Shown here piece after piece: positions 9,199 through 13,623 of a stretch of 13,623 nt of DNA; position 1 is the stretch's first letter, and each line of letters begins with the position of its first letter. Source of the stretch: Octopus sinensis (lineage: Eukaryota). Position numbers and translations under genes: made by a program. The stretch is taken from the NCBI RefSeq assembly GCF_006345805.1, contig NW_021826096.1:1-13623 (forward strand). Direction: 5' to 3'. Below the pieces are notes generated by a model. The model was given only the letters and a program-made list of their open reading frames with translations, was not told the DNA's origin and did no database searches.

Positions 9199-9617
9199 GG
9201 CGCAGGAGTGGCTGTGTGGTAAGTAGCTTGCTAACCAGCCACATGGTTCCGGGTTCAGTCCCACTGCGTGGCATCTTGGGCACGTGTCTTCTGCTATAGC
9301 CCCGACCAATGCCTTGTGAGTGGATTTGGCTGAGGGAAACTGAAAGAAGCCTGTCGTATATATGTATATATATATAATAGACCTTTATATAAATAAATAA
9401 CGTGGTATGTGTGTGTTTGTGTGTGTGTGTTTGTCCCCCTAGCATTGCTTGACAACCGATGCTGGTGTGTTTACGTCCCCGTCACTTAACGGTTCGGCAA
9501 AAGAGATCGATAGAATAAGTACTGGACTTACAAAGAATAAGTCCCGGGGTCGATTTGCTCGACTAAGGCGTGCTCCAGCATGGCCGCAGTCAAATGACTG
9601 AAACAAGTAAAAAAAGT
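9199..9617 (+). mobile_element. SINE family A, full length
   Basis: Same structure as the other A copies, with small deletions and an extra AT-rich insert in the central microsatellite. Confidence 0.92.
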
Positions 9618-9647
9618 ATATATATATATATATATATATATACATAC

Positions 9648-9706
<59 letters not shown>
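9617..9706. repeat. (TA)n/(TACA)n microsatellite
   Basis: Direct reading. Confidence 0.95.
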
Positions 9707-9707
<1 letters not shown>

Positions 9708-9829
9708 ACTAATTTCAACGGATTTCGCCCAAATTTGACGTCGATATTACTTAGTTGGGTTTGAAATAAAGAACTTGATTAGCTTAATAATCGTAATTAA
9801 ACCCTGGCAAGGCCGGGTTATACTGATAG
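9707..9829 (+). mobile_element. Probable short Helitron remnant (3' terminus)
   Basis: A GC-rich hairpin ccctggc-aag-gccggg at 9802-9817 ends 12 nt before ATAG|T (9826-9830), matching the Helitron hairpin + CTRR|T rule with one substitution. No 5' TC end is resolved. Confidence 0.5.
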
Positions 9830-9984
9830 TGTCAGATAAGGTCACTGTAGTTGGAAAAAAAGTACCTATTTGTTCTAGTTACTGACATTGGAAACCTCAG
9901 AAAAACTTGTCAACAATCCTTCCTCTTGTAATTGGAAGTAGAACAGCTGTCTCTGATGTTATAAAAGAGAATATTCCAAGGATT
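9830..9984 (+). mobile_element. Second copy of the R4/Dong-like RT segment
   Basis: Aligns to 6549-6701 with about 10 substitutions and 2 indels by manual count. Confidence 0.85.
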
Positions 9985-10934
9985 GTTCGTGTCTGTTGCC
10001 CATATATATTTACTACCGGAACCAGGGCAGGTGAAATCATGGGATACAACATGGTGGATGTGAATTATTTCGACGGATGTGCTTATTGAGTCAATGGCGA
10101 ATGTCATTAGATGCCGAGTGGATGAACAGACAACAAACTGTCAATCAACCCGTTCAGGTAACGAACTACTGCTATTGTCTATAGTCGTATCGTGCGTAGA
10201 TGAGAGATTTCAGTTAGCGAAAGACCAATGTGACTTAAATATAGGTCAGACATTCATACCTCATCGCTCGACATGATTCTGGCGTGGAAGAGTTACATTA
10301 GTCCGGACAAATCACCCAACTGGATTGGTTCAGCTATTTTTGTACATGTCCAAGTAGCAATTTCGGAAATGTGAAGTTTTCGAACAAAGAAAGAGACCGG
10401 CTAACACACATCTTGCAAATGTAATTTATATATGAAACGGTAAAAATATGCGACACTTTCTAAAATTCAACTTATAACATCATTATTTTAAAGTTTACTT
10501 CAACAAATTCTCTATAGAATTCAGAGCCAGCACTGGAAGTTACGACGTTTCTTAAACAAATACGTCAACATAAACAGTGTGACCAAGATAGAAAATGGGT
10601 AATGATGTATATACATATTTCAAGAGTCATTGCTCTTTCATCAGCACCACATCCAACCTATCAACCATACACAGACACATTGCTTAAATACCCTCTAAGT
10701 TTAGCGGTATAACACAGTTGTATAGACCAATTCACATATGGAACACATCCATCGCAACTGGCACATATATATTAATGCTGGCAGTATTTCTTTCGTTTTG
10801 CGAACTATATTATACGAAGTATTGACTTGTAAATATATCAACTATTGACTTGTAAACCCGTAATAGCATATTATGGTTGTAAAACGTAATACTATGTCCT
10901 TGCCAACAATTAATACTTATCACTATTGTTATCT

Positions 10935-11129
10935 GTGAAGGCGCAATGGCCCAGTGGTTTGGGCAGCGGACTCGCGGTCGGAGGATCACGGTTTCGATTC
11001 CCAGACCGGACGTTGCGTGTGTTTATTGAGCGAAAACACCTCAAAGCTCCACGAGGTTCCGGATGGGGAGGGATGTGTGACCCTGTTGTACTCTTTCGCC
11101 ACAACTTTCTCTCGCTCTCTCTTCCTGTT
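10935..11129 (+). mobile_element. SINE family B, 5' half only
   Basis: Head gtgaaggcgcaatggcccagtgg...ggtttcgattccc runs through ctctcttcctgtt, then switches abruptly to family C. Confidence 0.88.
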
Positions 11130-11639
11130 ACTTATTTAATCGACCCCGAAAGGATGAAAGGCAAAGTCGAACCTACGAAAAACAAAACGGCCGGAATTTG
11201 AACTCAGAACGTAGCGGCAGACGAATACCTATTTCTTTATTACCCACAGGGTCTAAACAAGAGAGGAAAAGAAGGACAGACAAACGGATTAAGTCGATTA
11301 TATCGATCCCAGTGCGTAACTGGTACTTATTTATCGACCCTGAAAGGATTGAAAGGCAAAGTCGACCTCGGCGGAATTTGAACTCAGAACGTAGGGCAGA
11401 CGAAACACTTATTTGTACTACCCACAAAGGGGACCCTAAACACAGAGAGGACAAACAAACAGAGACAGACAGATTAAGTCGATACACAATACCCAGTGCG
11501 TAACTGGTACTTAATTTATCGACCCGAAAGGATGAAAGGCAAAGTCGACCTCGGCGGAATTTGAACTCAGAACGTAGCGGCAGACGAAATACCGCTAAGC
11601 ATTTCGCCCGGCCTGCTAACGTTTCTGCCAGCTTGCCGC
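11130..11639 (-). mobile_element. SINE family C multimer: one head, two full bodies and a partial third
   Basis: A ~180-bp period with junctions near 11229 and 11409; the single head ends at 11639. Confidence 0.88.
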
Positions 11640-11770
11640 TTTGTTATCGTTTCTATAACATGTGATACCTTTTTACGGGATGGGGGCGCTAGCTCTATGC
11701 CCAATCCTCCTCCTGTTTCCTCCGGTCTTGGGACCGGCTTAGACGGAGTTTCATTATTTAGAACGATCGG

Positions 11771-11929
11771 TCATAATGCTGAGTGACATTTTTTCCAGCT
11801 TTACGTTCTGAATTCAAATTCCGCTGAGGTCGACTTTGCTTTTCATCGTTTCGAGTACTGGGGTTGATGTAATCGACTTACTCCCTCCCACAACATTTCA
11901 GGCATTGTACCTCTAACAGAAAAGATTAT
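11771..11929 (+). mobile_element. SINE family C, old partially deleted copy
   Basis: ttacgttctgaattcaaattccgctgaggtcgactttgcttttcatc...ggggttgatgtaatcgact. Confidence 0.7.
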
Positions 11930-11941
11930 TTAGAACGTAAG

Positions 11942-12378
11942 AGAGCGTGTTGGTATAAACGTTAGCGCGTCGGACAAAACGTTTAACGGCGAGCTGGCAG
12001 ACACGTTAGCGCGCCGGGCGAAATGCTTAGTGGTATTTCGTCTGTCGCTACGTTCTGAGTTCAAATTCCGCCGAGGTCGACTTTGCCTTTCATCCTTTCG
12101 GGATCGGTAAATTAAATACTAGTTACGCACTGGGGTCGATGTAATCGACTTAATCCCTTTGTCTGTCCTTGTTTCTCCCCTCTATGTTTAGCCCCTTGTG
12201 GGTAGTAAAGTAAAAGGCATTTCTTTTAACTGTTTGCGTTCAAATTCCGCTGAAATAAACTTTGCCTTTCATTTTTTCGGGGACATAAAATAAAGTACCG
12301 GTCAAGTACAGGGGTGAATGTAATCGAATTGTCTCCTCTCGTCAAAATTTCTGGCCTTGTATGTAAAATCAAAATGTT
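11942..12378 (+). mobile_element. Old family-C SINE split by a young family-C copy
   Basis: Old head 11942-11987 (aaacgttagcgcgtcggacaaaac); the old body resumes at 12216 (ggcatttc...gttcaaattccgctg...actttgcctttcat). Confidence 0.65.
11987..12215 (+). mobile_element. SINE family C, young full-length copy
   Basis: Reverse complement of the 4335-4563 and 12697-12927 type sequence. Confidence 0.92.
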
Positions 12379-12384
12379 GAAGAT

Positions 12385-12565
12385 TTAGCGTTCTGAGTTC
12401 AAATCACGTCGAGGCCAACTTTGTCTTTCACAATGATCAGGCTCAATAAAATATAGTACTAGCCAAGTACTGGGTGCTTGGTGGGGGTTCAGTGTTATCG
12501 ACTCACTCTCACCCCCACTTCATGCTAAAACTGTTAGCCTTGTGCCAAAATCTGAAACGATTATT
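12385..12565 (+). mobile_element. SINE family C, old headless copy
   Basis: cgttctgagttcaaatcacgtcgaggccaactttgtctttca...ttatcgact...gccttgtgccaaaatctgaaac. Confidence 0.65.
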
Positions 12566-12621
12566 TCGAATGTGGATAAAATGCCAGGTGTGTGTGTGTG
12601 TATGTGTATGGTTAATTGGAA

Positions 12622-13075
12622 GTACATCGCTTAGAGCAACGGACAAAGTTCCTGGCGGTATTTGTTCCAGCTCTTTATGTTCCTAGTTTAAATACCTATT
12701 TCTTTACAACCCACAAGAGGCTAAACACAGAGGGGACAAACAAGGACAGACAAACGGATTAAGTCGATTATATTGACCCCAGTGCGTAACTGGTACTTAA
12801 TTTATCGACCACGAAAGAATGAAAGGCAAAGTCGACCTCGGCGGAATTTGAACTCAGAACGTAGCGGCAGACGAAATACGGTTACGCATTTCGCCCGGCG
12901 TGCTAACGTTTCTGACAGCTCGCCGCCTTATGTTCCTAGTTTAAATACCACCAAGATCAATTTTGCCTTTTATCCTTTCGGGATCGATAGATAAAAATAC
13001 CAATCAAACTCTATGGTTGATTTAATCGACTCACCCAAAATTACTAGTCTTGTGTCTAAATTGATAACAATTATT
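12622..13075 (+). mobile_element. Old family-C SINE interrupted by an antisense young copy
   Basis: The degenerate head 12622-12696 continues at 12950 (accaagatcaattttgccttttatcctttcgggatcgat). Confidence 0.65.
12697..12927 (-). mobile_element. SINE family C, young full-length copy with 22-bp TSD
   Basis: Perfect direct repeat ttatgttcctagtttaaatacc at 12675-12696 and 12928-12949. Confidence 0.95.
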
Positions 13076-13180
13076 ATTATTAGTTGTAGTATGAGACTAT
13101 TTCTAGTTGTATTAGAATTAAGAAAACAATAGAATTGTTATAAGTTTTAACAACAGCAATAACAGAAGCAGCACCGACAA

Positions 13181-13540
13181 GTGGAAGCGCAATGGCAATG
13201 GTTAGGGCAGCAGACTCGCGGTCGGAGGATCGCGGTTTCGATTCCCAGACGGGCGTTGTGTGTGTTTATTAAGTGAAAACACCTAAAGCTCCACGAGGCT
13301 CCGGCAGGGTGTGGTGCCGACCCCTGCTGTACTTTTTTGCCCAAACTTTCTCTCACTCTTTCTTCCTGTTTCTTGTCCCCCGACTTCCTATGCAACCGCT
13401 GAGCCTTGATGCGCATTCATTCATCCATCCGTCGATGCTCTCGGTATCGGGGGTTGACCTGCTTTCTCTTCTGCGGGTCTTACGAATAGACCACGTTTCG
13501 GACTTCTCTCATCTTGCGAGCTCCGGGACGAAGACAACAG
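13181..13540 (+). mobile_element. SINE with family-B head and a different 3' tail (B2)
   Basis: 13181-13374 matches the family-B 5' half. 13375-13540 is a GC-richer segment unrelated to the B tail, ending gacgaagacaac. Confidence 0.75.
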
Positions 13541-13542
13541 AA

Positions 13543-13623
13543 GTGGGGGCGCAATGGCCCAGGGGTTAGGGCAGGCGGACTCGCGGTCGTAAGAACGCGG
13601 TTTCGATTCCCAGACCGGGCATT
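13543..13623 (+). mobile_element. SINE family B head, runs off the window
   Basis: gtgggggcgcaatggcccaggggttagg...ggtttcgattcccagaccgggc. Confidence 0.88.

Noticed and set aside
10820-10856. 14-bp direct repeat tattgacttgtaaa with a 9-bp spacer
   Set aside because: Too short an insert for a TSD-flanked element; probably slippage.
10595-10930. Second GPCR-like N-terminus/TM1-TM2 (YILMLAVFLSFC...LVNISTIDL)
   Set aside because: Four stops in about 110 codons, only one weak motif, and that motif overlaps a 14-bp repeat; compatible with chance in AT-rich DNA.
11130-11639. Periodic array as CRISPR or satellite
   Set aside because: The units are whole SINE bodies with no unique spacers, in a eukaryotic context.
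4420-12994. Recurring NWY..YRPRK.ERQSRPRRNL ORFs (4420, 11198, 12773)
   Set aside because: Antisense frames of SINE family C.

Overview
AT-rich animal genomic DNA made almost entirely of nested mobile elements and microsatellites. The SINE families look like those of octopus/cephalopods (recognised from memory, not by database search). No intact protein-coding gene, rRNA, functional tRNA or CRISPR is supported, and nearly all listed ORFs are microsatellite or SINE read-throughs. Main content: (1) a heavily decayed but near-complete R4/Dong-like non-LTR retrotransposon (N-terminal region, RT, zinc-knuckle region, restriction-like endonuclease; ~4698-8975) split by four younger SINEs; (2) about 18 copies or fragments of several tRNA-derived SINE families, two with perfect TSDs (12 bp and 22 bp); (3) a Penelope-type terminus forming a 61-bp inverted repeat that contains a minimal hammerhead-ribozyme fold; (4) a possible decayed intronless class A GPCR on the minus strand (~2850-4085); (5) a Helitron-like 3' end fused to a second copy of the LINE RT segment. 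The most unusual signal is that family-C SINE 3' ends are repeatedly joined to GGTATTT-like heptamers. All family assignments come from manual translation and motif recognition.
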